Below, in pieces: positions 51,448 through 60,144 of a stretch of 64,000 nt of DNA; position 1 is the first letter of the stretch, and each line of letters opens with the position of its first letter. The stretch spans positions 98,273 to 162,272 of the forward strand of contig JBEPZY010000004.1 in the NCBI GenBank assembly GCA_041640595.1, given 5' to 3'. Source of the stretch: Gemmatales bacterium (lineage in GTDB: Bacteria > Planctomycetota > Planctomycetia > Gemmatales > HRBIN36). The translations under genes and the position numbers were made by a program. The notes under the pieces are model-generated. The model did not search any database and was not told where the DNA came from. It saw nothing but the letters and a program-made list of their open reading frames with translations.

Positions 51448-52449
51448 GTGAAAATGGAGGCAGCCTATTATACGAACCCTGGCGGGCCAGAGGTAATTCA
51501 ATATGGGGAACTGCCCGATCCGGAACCGAGAGAAGGGGAAGTGCTGGTCAAGGTACTGGCGGCATCTTTGAATCCGATAGATACCTATATTCGGGCGGGC
51601 ACGGTATCTATGCCCCGCCCCAGTCCCTATATTCCTGGCTGCGACCTGGCCGGCATCGTTATCAAACTCGGTGCTGGGGTGAAACGGTTTCGTGTCGGCG
51701 ATCGGGTTTGGGGAAGCAATCAAGGTCTAATGGGCCGGCAGGGCACTTTTGCCGAATATGCGGCGGTGCACGAGGACTGGCTCTATCCGATTCCCGACGG
51801 TGTGTCGGAGCAGGAAGCGGCGGCGGTGGCGTTAGTGGGAATTACAGCGCATTTGGGACTGTTTCGGTGTGCGAAATTGCAAGCCGGGGAAATTGTGTTC
51901 GTCAATGGCGGTACGGGCGGCGTCGGTTCGATGGTAGTGCAGATGGCCAAAGCGATTGGCGCGAAAGTTATTACCACGGTCGGTTCCGAGGAAAAGGCTC
52001 AGTTATGTCGGCAATGGGGAGTGGACTTAGTGCTGAACTACAAGACCGACGACGTGCCGGCGAAAATCAAGGAGTTTAGTGGTGCGGGCGTGCATGTCTG
52101 GTTTGAGACGCAGCGCGAACCGGACTACGATCGCATGGTCGAGCTGACGCGGCTGCGTGGACGATTAGTGGTGATTGCGGGTCGGCAAGCCCGGCCACCG
52201 TTTCCGCATGGGCCGTTCTATGTCAAGGACCTGACGTTATACGGTTACGCGATGTTCAATGCGACGCCGGAAGAGCAACGTCGGTGCGCTGAGGATATAA
52301 ATCGCTGGCTGGCTGAGAAGAAATTGCACGTGCCCATCGGTCGCGTATTCACATTTTCTCAGGCTGCCGAGGCGCATCGCCTGCAGGAAGAAAATACGCT
52401 GCACCGTGCCGGTACACTTACAGGTAAAATTGTGCTGGTGCCGGACTAA
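51448..52449 (+). CDS. NADPH:quinone reductase-like MDR oxidoreductase (zinc-free)
   Basis: GGPEVI, LNPID, PGCDLAG, GTFAEY, GGTGGVG, GKIVL. Confidence 0.92.
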   Translation: MKMEAAYYTNPGGPEVIQYGELPDPEPREGEVLVKVLAASLNPIDTYIRAGTVSMPRPSPYIPGCDLAGIVIKLGAGVKRFRVGDRVWGSNQGLMGRQGTFAEYAAVHEDWLYPIPDGVSEQEAAAVALVGITAHLGLFRCAKLQAGEIVFVNGGTGGVGSMVVQMAKAIGAKVITTVGSEEKAQLCRQWGVDLVLNYKTDDVPAKIKEFSGAGVHVWFETQREPDYDRMVELTRLRGRLVVIAGRQARPPFPHGPFYVKDLTLYGYAMFNATPEEQRRCAEDINRWLAEKKLHVPIGRVFTFSQAAEAHRLQEENTLHRAGTLTGKIVLVPD

Positions 52450-52473
52450 GTAATCCGGGGGGGTTCGATCAGC

Positions 52474-53379
52474 TTAGAAGGCGGGGATGAGATAAAGATC
52501 ATAGCGACCGTTACGTTCGGAAACAATGACTAAGTTTCGGCCATCGGGAAACCACCAGGGATAATCATCGCGGCCAGGATTGTTGGTGATGCGGCGAGGT
52601 TCGGAACCATCCGCTTTCATCACGTAGATTTCATAGTTACCGTCGCGATTGCTGGTGAAGGCGATATATCGTCCGTCCGGGGACCAGACGGGACGGATAT
52701 CCATTCCGGGCGAGTGTGTCAGTCGGCGAACATTAGAACCGCTGGCATCCATAACATAGATCTCGTAATCACCATCGCGAGTGGAAGAAAAGACAATGTG
52801 CTTGCCGTCGGGAGAGAAGCGAGGCCAGTTGTTGATGCCGGCCGTATTAGTGAGGAACTGGCGGTTTTGACCTTGCAGGTTGACATAGGCAATCTGCTGA
52901 CCAGTGGCGGTGGGGATACTAAATAGCACACGACTTAGATCGGGACTAATAGCCGGGCTGCGCATGCCGGCAAAACCGCCGCCGGGATCATAAATATAGT
53001 CGCGCTTTTCCTGATAGTCGCGGATGACGAGTTTGAGATTGAGATTAGCCCGGTTCTGGACGAAAGCGGCGTAACGGGCGTCCGGTGAAAAGGCGATCTC
53101 GAATTCGTTGGTATTCGCTTCGGGATGCAAGCGTTCCGATTGGCCGGTATTTAGACGTAAGCGCCAGAGACTAAGCAACGTGGGGGTTTCCTGCAAGGTA
53201 TAGACGATTTCCTGGCCGCCAGGCAGCACGACAGGATCGGCTTTCCATCGGCCATCGAAAGTAAGCTGTTTTTCCGCGGTGGCGGGCTGAGCGGTGGCTC
53301 CAGGCCAGAGCGTGGTTGTGAGCATGAGTGCCAGGCAAGCGACTGGGGCAGCAGCTTCGAGGTACCAGCAAGATTTCAT
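52474..53379 (-). CDS. Secreted TolB-like PD40 beta-propeller protein
   Basis: Signal peptide, repeated P.(F/W)SPDG..I.F.S.RDG.YEIYVM. Confidence 0.9.
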   Translation of the reverse strand: MKSCWYLEAAAPVACLALMLTTTLWPGATAQPATAEKQLTFDGRWKADPVVLPGGQEIVYTLQETPTLLSLWRLRLNTGQSERLHPEANTNEFEIAFSPDARYAAFVQNRANLNLKLVIRDYQEKRDYIYDPGGGFAGMRSPAISPDLSRVLFSIPTATGQQIAYVNLQGQNRQFLTNTAGINNWPRFSPDGKHIVFSSTRDGDYEIYVMDASGSNVRRLTHSPGMDIRPVWSPDGRYIAFTSNRDGNYEIYVMKADGSEPRRITNNPGRDDYPWWFPDGRNLVIVSERNGRYDLYLIPAF

Positions 53380-54332
53380 GGGAGTTCCTCCGTAGCGTTG
53401 GAAGGAGAAGCAGGCGGTTGAAGGAAAGCAAGGAGCTGGGCGGCGCCGCGTTCCAGTAAGCGAAGGGCGAGTTGTTCGCCGATGGCAGCGGCTTGCGGCG
53501 CGGTAGCGGTTTCGGTGTCTTCGAGAGCGACGCTACCGTCGGGAGCCAGGATCAGGCCGTGCAGAGTCAGATAAGGTCCGGAAACGGTGGCGTGAGCGGC
53601 GATGGGCACCTGACAACCGCCGCCAAGCCGGCGCAGGAAAGCGCGTTCGGCGGTGATAGCTAGCCAGCTGGCCGGGTCATTGATCCGCCTGACCAGAGCC
53701 AGGGTAGCGGTGTCGTCGGCACGACATTCGACGGCGACGGCACCCTGTCCGACGGCGGGAAGCCAGGATGCGATGTCCAGGCGTTGGGTAATGCGGGAAG
53801 CGAGGTTCAATCGTGCCAGGCCGGCTTCGGCCAGGATCAGACCGTCGAGGTTTTCGGCTTCGAGTTTGCGGAGGCGGGTTTCGACATTGCCGCGGATGGG
53901 CACGATTTCCAGGTCGGGTCGGCAACGTCGGAGCAGGGCCTGGCGACGCAAACTGGCGGTAGCGATGCGGCCACCGGCAGGCACGGCCGACAACGAGGCG
54001 TAGCGGTGCGAGACGAAGACATCGTGAACCGGGCCCCGGGGCGGAACGGCGGCCAGGAGCAGACCGGGAATCGGTTGCGTGGGCAAATCTTTACAGCTAT
54101 GCACGGCCAGGTCCACCTCGCCGCGCAAAAGTGCCTGCTGGATTTCGCGGGTGAAGACGCCACGTCCGCCGATCTGCGCCAGCGGGGCATCGCGGAGCAC
54201 ATCGCCGGTGGTGCGAACGATGACGAGTTCGACCGGGCGGGGAGCGACCAGCGGGCGGAGCATTTCGGCGACCAGTTCGGCCTGCTGCCGCGCCAGAAGG
54301 CTGCCGCGAGTCCCCAGACGCAAAGGTTGCAT
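53376..54332 (-). CDS. hemC: Hydroxymethylbilane synthase (porphobilinogen deaminase)
   Basis: GTRGSLLA, TTGD, AVHSCKD, SLRR, RGNVETR, PAVGQG, GGCQVPI. Confidence 0.96.
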   Translation of the reverse strand: MQPLRLGTRGSLLARQQAELVAEMLRPLVAPRPVELVIVRTTGDVLRDAPLAQIGGRGVFTREIQQALLRGEVDLAVHSCKDLPTQPIPGLLLAAVPPRGPVHDVFVSHRYASLSAVPAGGRIATASLRRQALLRRCRPDLEIVPIRGNVETRLRKLEAENLDGLILAEAGLARLNLASRITQRLDIASWLPAVGQGAVAVECRADDTATLALVRRINDPASWLAITAERAFLRRLGGGCQVPIAAHATVSGPYLTLHGLILAPDGSVALEDTETATAPQAAAIGEQLALRLLERGAAQLLAFLQPPASPSNATEELP

Positions 54333-54372
54333 GAATCCTCCCCTGCTGCCACGGGGTCAGAAATCGCCGCGT

Positions 54373-54381
54373 TGCTAGAAT
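54373..54381 (+). promoter_or_regulatory. Possible extended -10 promoter for hslVU
   Basis: TG-C-TAGAAT about 37 bp upstream of the hslV ATG in the divergent hemC/hslV gap. Confidence 0.35.
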
Positions 54382-54418
54382 TGTAGCGGACGAACAAAAA
54401 CCAGTCGCGGGAGCCGGT

Positions 54419-54955
54419 ATGCACAAAACCATTCGCGGAACAACCATTCTGGCGGTGCGGCATGGCGGTCAGGCAGCGATGGGAGGAGATGGCCAGGTGA
54501 CGCTGGGAGCGGTAGTGCTCAAGAGCGATGCCCGCAAAATTCGCCGGCTGTATCAGGATCGGGTCCTGGTCGGGTTTGCCGGCAGCGCTGCCGATGGTCT
54601 GGCGTTGCTGGAGCGCTTTGAGGCCAAGCTGCAGGATCACCAGGGGAGTGTGCCCCGCGCGGCTGTGGAACTGGCCAAGGAATGGCGAACCGATCGCGTC
54701 CTACGCCGGCTGGATGCGATGCTGCTGGCGATGGATCGGGACAGTTTGCTCCTGATCAGCGGTACGGGCGAAGTGCTCCAGCCGGAAGATAACATTATCG
54801 GCATCGGTTCGGGCGGAGCGTATGCAGTAGCGGCAGCGCGAGCGCTGGTGCGGCACAGTGAGTTATCGGCAGCGGAGATTGTGCGAACGGCGCTGGAAAT
54901 TGCGGCGGATCTCTGCATCTATACCAACCGCCAGATCGTGGTCGAGCAGCTTTAG
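54419..54955 (+). CDS. hslV: ATP-dependent protease peptidase subunit
   Basis: GTTI N-terminal Thr, GDGQVT, GFAG, KEWRTDR, IGSGG, CIYTN. Confidence 0.97.
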   Translation: MHKTIRGTTILAVRHGGQAAMGGDGQVTLGAVVLKSDARKIRRLYQDRVLVGFAGSAADGLALLERFEAKLQDHQGSVPRAAVELAKEWRTDRVLRRLDAMLLAMDRDSLLLISGTGEVLQPEDNIIGIGSGGAYAVAAARALVRHSELSAAEIVRTALEIAADLCIYTNRQIVVEQL

Positions 54956-54972
54956 CAGATGGAGAAACTCCA

Positions 54973-56307
54973 GTGGCTATCGAATTGACTCCGCAGCAGA
55001 TCGTGGCCGAACTGGATAAATACATCGTGGGACAGTCGGCAGCGAAACGGGCGGTGGCGATCGCCCTGCGCAACCGCTGGCGTCGCTGGCAACTGCCGCC
55101 GGAAATCCGCAAGGATGTGCTGCCGAAAAACATCCTGATGATCGGCCCGACCGGCGTGGGCAAAACGGAAATCGCTCGCCGGCTGGCCATGCTCGTCGGT
55201 GCACCGTTTCTGAAAGTGGAGGCGACCAAATACACGGAAGTCGGTTACCATGGCCGGGATGTCGAAAGTATGATCCGTGATCTGGCCGAAGTAGCGGCGG
55301 GCATGGTGCGGCAACAGCAGCGGCAACTGGTCGAAACCGAAGCGAAAAAACGGGCCGAGGAGCGCCTGCTCGATCTGCTCCTGCCCCGTTCCTATAGCCG
55401 CGACGAAGACGAAGAAGAGAACGAGCGGCATCAGCGCGTGCGGGAACGGTTACGCCGACGCCTCGAAGCCGGGGAACTGGAAGACCGCGAGGTGGAAATC
55501 ACCGTCGAGCAGAAGCAGTTGCCGTTTGCCATGTTCAGCGTCATGGGCATGGAACAGATGGAGGCGGAGTTGCAGAACATGTTTGAAAAACTCTTTCCCC
55601 GCGAACGCAGCAAACGCCGCATGACCGTCCGCGAAGCCAGGAAAGTCCTGCTGGAGCAGGAAGTGGACGCCCTGATCGATCGCCAAACGGTTACGGAGAA
55701 AGCGGTGGAACTGGCCGAAAATCACGGCATCATCTTCATTGATGAAATTGACAAAATCTGCGGCCCGCCCTCGTTACATGGTCCCGATGTGTCGCGGCAA
55801 GGTGTGCAGCGCGACCTGTTGCCGATCGTCGAAGGGACAACCACGCAGACCCGCTATGGCCCGGTACGCAGCGATCACATTCTGTTTATCGCGGCGGGGG
55901 CTTTCCACACCTCGAAACCGTCCGATCTGATGCCCGAATTGCAGGGGCGCTTTCCTATCCGTGTCGAATTGCAGGACCTCGGACGCGAGGATTTCCTGCG
56001 GATTTTAACCGAACCCAAACACGCCCTGACGCGGCAATACCAGGAATTACTGGCCACGGAAGGCGTCGAGCTCCACTTTACCCCGGACGCTCTGGAAGCC
56101 ATTGCCGAGATCGCTTACGAGGTCAACCGCACCACGCAGAATATCGGAGCCCGCCGGCTCCATACGATCGTCGAACGGGTGCTCGAAGACATCAGCTTTC
56201 GGGCGCCGGAACTGAGCGGGCAAAAAGTGGAAATTACGGGGGCGTATGTGCGGGAGCGGCTGGGCGACATCCTCAAACGCGAAGACCTGAGCCGGTTTAT
56301 CCTCTGA
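54973..56307 (+). CDS. hslU: ATP-dependent protease ATPase subunit
   Basis: [61 protein letters not shown]. Confidence 0.97.
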   Translation: MAIELTPQQIVAELDKYIVGQSAAKRAVAIALRNRWRRWQLPPEIRKDVLPKNILMIGPTGVGKTEIARRLAMLVGAPFLKVEATKYTEVGYHGRDVESMIRDLAEVAAGMVRQQQRQLVETEAKKRAEERLLDLLLPRSYSRDEDEEENERHQRVRERLRRRLEAGELEDREVEITVEQKQLPFAMFSVMGMEQMEAELQNMFEKLFPRERSKRRMTVREARKVLLEQEVDALIDRQTVTEKAVELAENHGIIFIDEIDKICGPPSLHGPDVSRQGVQRDLLPIVEGTTTQTRYGPVRSDHILFIAAGAFHTSKPSDLMPELQGRFPIRVELQDLGREDFLRILTEPKHALTRQYQELLATEGVELHFTPDALEAIAEIAYEVNRTTQNIGARRLHTIVERVLEDISFRAPELSGQKVEITGAYVRERLGDILKREDLSRFIL

Positions 56308-56311
56308 TGCA

Positions 56312-57451
56312 ATGCTCCTCCAGCTTCACCAGGTCAGTTACGCCTATGGCCAGCGCTGGGCTTTGCGGGAAGTCGAGCTGACTTTACCGGAAGGCCGCAT
56401 CGGTTTGCTCGGCCCCAACGGTGCCGGGAAATCCACGCTGTTGCGGATTCTGCTGGGGCTACTGCGACCGTCGCGCGGCAGCGGGCAGGTGCTCGGTTGC
56501 CCTCTGGACAGGCTCGACCATCGAGTGCGGCGGCAAATTGGGTATATGCCGGAGTCGTCTTGTCTGATACCCGGCCTGCGGGGTGTGGAATACGTAGCGC
56601 TGGCGGGAATCCTGTCGGGGTTACCGCGACAGCAGGCCTGGCGGCAGGCTCATCAGGTGCTCGACCTGCTCGGCCTGGACGAAATCCGCTACCGCCGCGC
56701 TGAGGAATACTCGACCGGCATGCAGCAACGGTTGAAACTGGCCCAGGCCCTGGTGCATCGCCCACGCTTGCTCCTGCTGGACGAACCCACCAGCGGACTC
56801 GATCCGGTCGGACGCGAAGCTCTCCTGGATTTGCTGCTCAGCCTGACCCAGGAACTCCAGCTCAGCGTCATCCTGTCCAGTCATATCCTCAGCGAGGTGC
56901 AGCGGGTCTGTGAGCGGGTCGTGGTGCTTTACCAGGGGCAGGTGCTGGCTCAGGGACCGATTGCCGAACTGTGCCCGCCAACCCATCGAATTTACCGCCT
57001 GGCGGTGTTCGGTGATGGCGATTCATTTTGCCGGGCCCTGCTCGCCCACCGCGTCGAAATTCTCCAGCCCAGCGATGCACGCGATCATCTGCCGCATTCT
57101 CCCGATACCGGAGCCAACCAAACGGCGGCACCGCGTGATGAGCGTACCACCACCCAACCGATGCGGACTCCCTTGCGCCAGCCTGAAGCGAGTGAAACTC
57201 CAGCACCGCGCACCGATCACGGCGATTCACAACCACCGGTAAACAGCGCAGGCAGCGGTGAGTCGGGCAACACTACGGCAGGCTACGCGGGACTGGCGGG
57301 AACACAACATTTCCTGGTACGGGTAACGGACGACTGGCCGACGCGACGGTTCTTTGAGCTGGCCGAGCAAAGCGGTGCCGTCATCCAGCACCTCAGCCAG
57401 GACCGCGACCGCCTCGACGACTTCTACCATCGCCTCCTGCATCCCCACTAA
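56312..57451 (+). CDS. ABC transporter ATP-binding protein (no adjacent permease) with low-complexity C-terminal insertion
   Basis: GPNGAGKS, YSTGM, LLLDEP, SSH. Confidence 0.9.
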   Translation: MLLQLHQVSYAYGQRWALREVELTLPEGRIGLLGPNGAGKSTLLRILLGLLRPSRGSGQVLGCPLDRLDHRVRRQIGYMPESSCLIPGLRGVEYVALAGILSGLPRQQAWRQAHQVLDLLGLDEIRYRRAEEYSTGMQQRLKLAQALVHRPRLLLLDEPTSGLDPVGREALLDLLLSLTQELQLSVILSSHILSEVQRVCERVVVLYQGQVLAQGPIAELCPPTHRIYRLAVFGDGDSFCRALLAHRVEILQPSDARDHLPHSPDTGANQTAAPRDERTTTQPMRTPLRQPEASETPAPRTDHGDSQPPVNSAGSGESGNTTAGYAGLAGTQHFLVRVTDDWPTRRFFELAEQSGAVIQHLSQDRDRLDDFYHRLLHPH

Positions 57452-57549
57452 CCGGCGAAACCCCGTCGTGGCCATCGTTTGCCGTAAGTCGCAGCAATAG
57501 GACAACACACCTTTACGGATCGCAGCGCTGCTAAGGGCAGAACTGCCAA

Positions 57550-57769
57550 GCTCGGCCTGGCTGTTACACCAGCACACAGCAACGCTTTCGACCAATGCGG
57601 TACCACCCGACGCGAAACTCGGCCGCTTGGCATCTGTTGGCGCAAGTGGGAACATGGCATACCAATTTGTCGGGTCGGGATACCGCTAACGGAGAAACTC
57701 GCGCTCGGCCGGGTTGTTACGCAAGGGCAGAGCAACGCTTTCGACCAATGCGGTACCACCCGACGCGAA
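57550..57769. repeat. Direct repeat pair A (67 bp, 39-bp identical core, 153-bp period)
   Basis: AGCAACGCTTTCGACCAATGCGGTACCACCCGACGCGAA at 57578-57616 and 57731-57769, with similar 5' flanks. Confidence 0.9.
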
Positions 57770-57916
57770 TTTTTCCGGCTCGCTGCTTTGGTAACCGGGG
57801 CTGCGGGCAGCTTGACCGCACGATGCTGATTGAGGTAAGCATGGCCGGGGAGCCGTCGGCTTCGGCAATCGGCGATGTGGGCCGCTTCGTGGCAGCCCGG
57901 GGACTGCGGACTCGCT

Positions 57917-58265
57917 AAGCGCGAATCTTGCGGTCGGACGCCAGCTTCGAGCCTGGCTCAGGTGCACAAACATCCGCACAACCGGCGGAGCCACGACAAC
58001 GCCAGCTTCGACCGTGACTCAAGCGGCTCTGCGGCGGTCGGCAAGCGCGAATCTTGCGGTCGGGCGCCAGCTACGCCCCTGCCTCATGCTGAGGTGCACA
58101 AACATCCGCACAACTGCCGGAGCCACGACAACGCCGGCTTCGACCGTGACTCAGGTGGCTCTGCGCCGATCGGCAAGCGCGAATCTTGCGGGTCGGGCTG
58201 CAGCTTCGACCCTGGCTCAGGTGAGGCGGCTCTGCGGCGATCGGCAAGCGCGAATCTCGCGGGTG
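57917..58265. repeat. Compound tandem array B (126- and 132-bp units plus two partial units)
   Basis: AAGCGCGAATCT(T/C)GCGG starts at 57917, 58043, 58175, 58246; GGTGCACAAACATCCGCACAAC...GGAGCCACGACAACGCC present twice. Confidence 0.9.
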
Positions 58266-58320
58266 AGCGGCGCCAAAATGCTCTGGTTCGACCGTGTACG
58301 TGCCTGAGAACCGGCTGGCT

Positions 58321-59817
58321 TTATCTCAAGATGTCGCAGTTCGGGAGCGCCTTTCGCAATTCCTCGACGCCAGCGTCGGTTACCTTCGTGACCAGGAGGA
58401 CCAATAACCGCAAGCTCTTCAATCCGGCCAGTTCCTTCAGCCCCGCGTCCGTTATCTGCGTGTCGCTCAGGATCAGCCATTGCAGGTTCTTCAGTCCGGC
58501 CAGTTCCTTCAGCCCCGCGTCCGTTATCTGCGTGTCGCTCAGGTCCAGCCATTGCAGGTTCTTCAGTCCGGCCAGTTCCTTCAGCCCCGTGTCGGTTATC
58601 CGCGTGCCTGTCAGGTCCAGCGTTTGCAGGTTCTTCAGTCCGGCCAGTTCCTTCAGCCCCGTGTCGGTTATCCGCGTGCCTGTCAGGTCCAACCATTGCA
58701 GGTTCTTCAGTGCGGCCAGTTCCTTCAGCCCCGTGTCTGTTATCTGCGTGTCTCTCAGGTCCAGCCTTTGCAGGTTCTTCAGTGCTGCCAGTTCCTTCAG
58801 CCCCGCGTCCGTTACCTGCGTGAAGTCCAGTCTCAGCCCTTGCAGGTTCTTCAGTCCGGTCAGTTCCTTCAGCCCCGCGTCGGTGAGCTGCGTGCTGCCC
58901 AGGTCCAGCCCTTGCAGGTTCTTCAGTCCAGCCAGTTCCTTCAGCCCCGCGTCGGTTATCTGCGTGCCGTTCAGGTACAGCGTTCGCAGGTTCTTCAGTT
59001 CCGCCAGTTCCTTCAGCCCCGTGTCCGTTATCCGCGTGCCTGTCAGGTCCAGCCCTTGCAGGTTCCTCAGTCCGGCCAGTTCCTTCAGCCCCGCGTCCGT
59101 TACCTGCGTCCAGGCCAAGACCAGCGTTTGCAGGTTCTTCAGTCCGGCCAGTTCCTTCAGCCCCGCGTCGGTTATCTTCTTACAGGTATCCAAGTTCAGC
59201 GTTTGCAGGTTCTTCAGTTCCGCCAGTTCCTTCAGCCCCGCGTCGGTTATCTGCGTCTCGCTCAGGTCCAGCGTTTGCAGGTTCTTCAGTCCGGCCAGTT
59301 CCTTCAGCCCTGCGTCGGTTACCTGCGTGTCGCTCAGGTCCAGCCATTGCAGGTTCTTCAGTGCCGCCAGTTCCTTCAGCCCCGCGTCTGTTACCTCCGT
59401 ACCAGTCAAATTCAATGCCTGCAGATTCTTCAGCCCTCGCAAATCCACCAGCCATCTGTCAGTCAACGGCAGCTTGGTGAGGTCCAAACCGTAAGGCACT
59501 TCCGGTTCTGGGAGCTTAGGAAGCAGCCCCGCCTGCCAGGCGCGAAGCCGAAAGGCGGGAATGTCCCCCTTCTGACCCTCATCTCGCGGCACGAACGTGA
59601 GTGTTGACCCAGCATGGCGCAACAGCGGCTCATCTATCTGCATTTCCAGTCGCATCCAGCCGATTTCGGCTCCGGCGGCGGCCCAGGCTTTTTCAATGGC
59701 CTCTGGCAAGGGTGTCGGCTTTTGCAAGCCAGGCTGCTGTGCTGGGTTGTTGCCGCTACCGAGGATCAGCAGCAATCCCACTGTGCCGCATAAGGTCAGA
59801 AACCGATACAGGCTCAT
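58321..59817 (-). CDS. Secreted leucine-rich repeat protein with about 16 tandem 24-aa (72-bp) repeats
   Basis: Signal peptide, N-terminal cap region, LxLxxTQ(V/I)TDAGLKELAGLKNLQx repeats, C-cap ELRKALPNCDI; RBS AGGAGG. Confidence 0.95.
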   Translation of the reverse strand: MSLYRFLTLCGTVGLLLILGSGNNPAQQPGLQKPTPLPEAIEKAWAAAGAEIGWMRLEMQIDEPLLRHAGSTLTFVPRDEGQKGDIPAFRLRAWQAGLLPKLPEPEVPYGLDLTKLPLTDRWLVDLRGLKNLQALNLTGTEVTDAGLKELAALKNLQWLDLSDTQVTDAGLKELAGLKNLQTLDLSETQITDAGLKELAELKNLQTLNLDTCKKITDAGLKELAGLKNLQTLVLAWTQVTDAGLKELAGLRNLQGLDLTGTRITDTGLKELAELKNLRTLYLNGTQITDAGLKELAGLKNLQGLDLGSTQLTDAGLKELTGLKNLQGLRLDFTQVTDAGLKELAALKNLQRLDLRDTQITDTGLKELAALKNLQWLDLTGTRITDTGLKELAGLKNLQTLDLTGTRITDTGLKELAGLKNLQWLDLSDTQITDAGLKELAGLKNLQWLILSDTQITDAGLKELAGLKSLRLLVLLVTKVTDAGVEELRKALPNCDILR

Positions 59818-59934
59818 TTCTTTCCTCCTGCAGCTCGGTGATGGAAACCGTTTGCCGGTCGCTTGCCCGCTGCTGTCATTGTAATGCTGGCTGGAGGCAA
59901 TCGCAACGATTCAGTCGCAACGGTTTGAGGCCCC

Positions 59935-60099
59935 CGAGAGGTGATTTTCACCTTCCGGCCATGCTGGAGCACCGACGCTACAGGGTGATTGCGACGATTA
60001 CAGGCCCGCGACAGGGGATTCTCGCCTTCCGGCCATGCTGGAGCGTCGCCGCTGCACGGTGATTGCGACGACTGGATGTCAGCGACAGGTGATTTTCGC
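59935..60099. repeat. Tandem array C (74-bp period, about 2.2 copies)
   Basis: Units start at 59935, 60009, 60083 (CGA(G/C)AGG(T/G)GATT...); CCTTCCGGCCATGCTGGAGC and GGTGATTGCGACGA each occur twice. Confidence 0.88.
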
Positions 60100-60144
60100 G
60101 GTGGCTTTACGCGGACGGGTCTTTTCTGCTGCGGTTGAACGGGA

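Noticed and set aside
57875..59607. Long plus-strand ORFs (539 aa and 375 aa) opposite the LRR gene
   Set aside because: Antisense shadows of stop-free 72-bp repeats; the translations (RFFSPASSFSP, QVLQSGQFLQP) are reverse-frame artefacts.
58321..59817. Diversity-generating retroelement as the source of LRR variation
   Set aside because: No reverse transcriptase and no separate TR/VR pair in the window; the variation looks like whole-cassette exchange.
57550..60099. Repeat arrays A, B and C as CRISPR arrays
   Set aside because: Periods of 153, about 130 and 74 bp with repeated or over-long intervening sequence; no cas genes.
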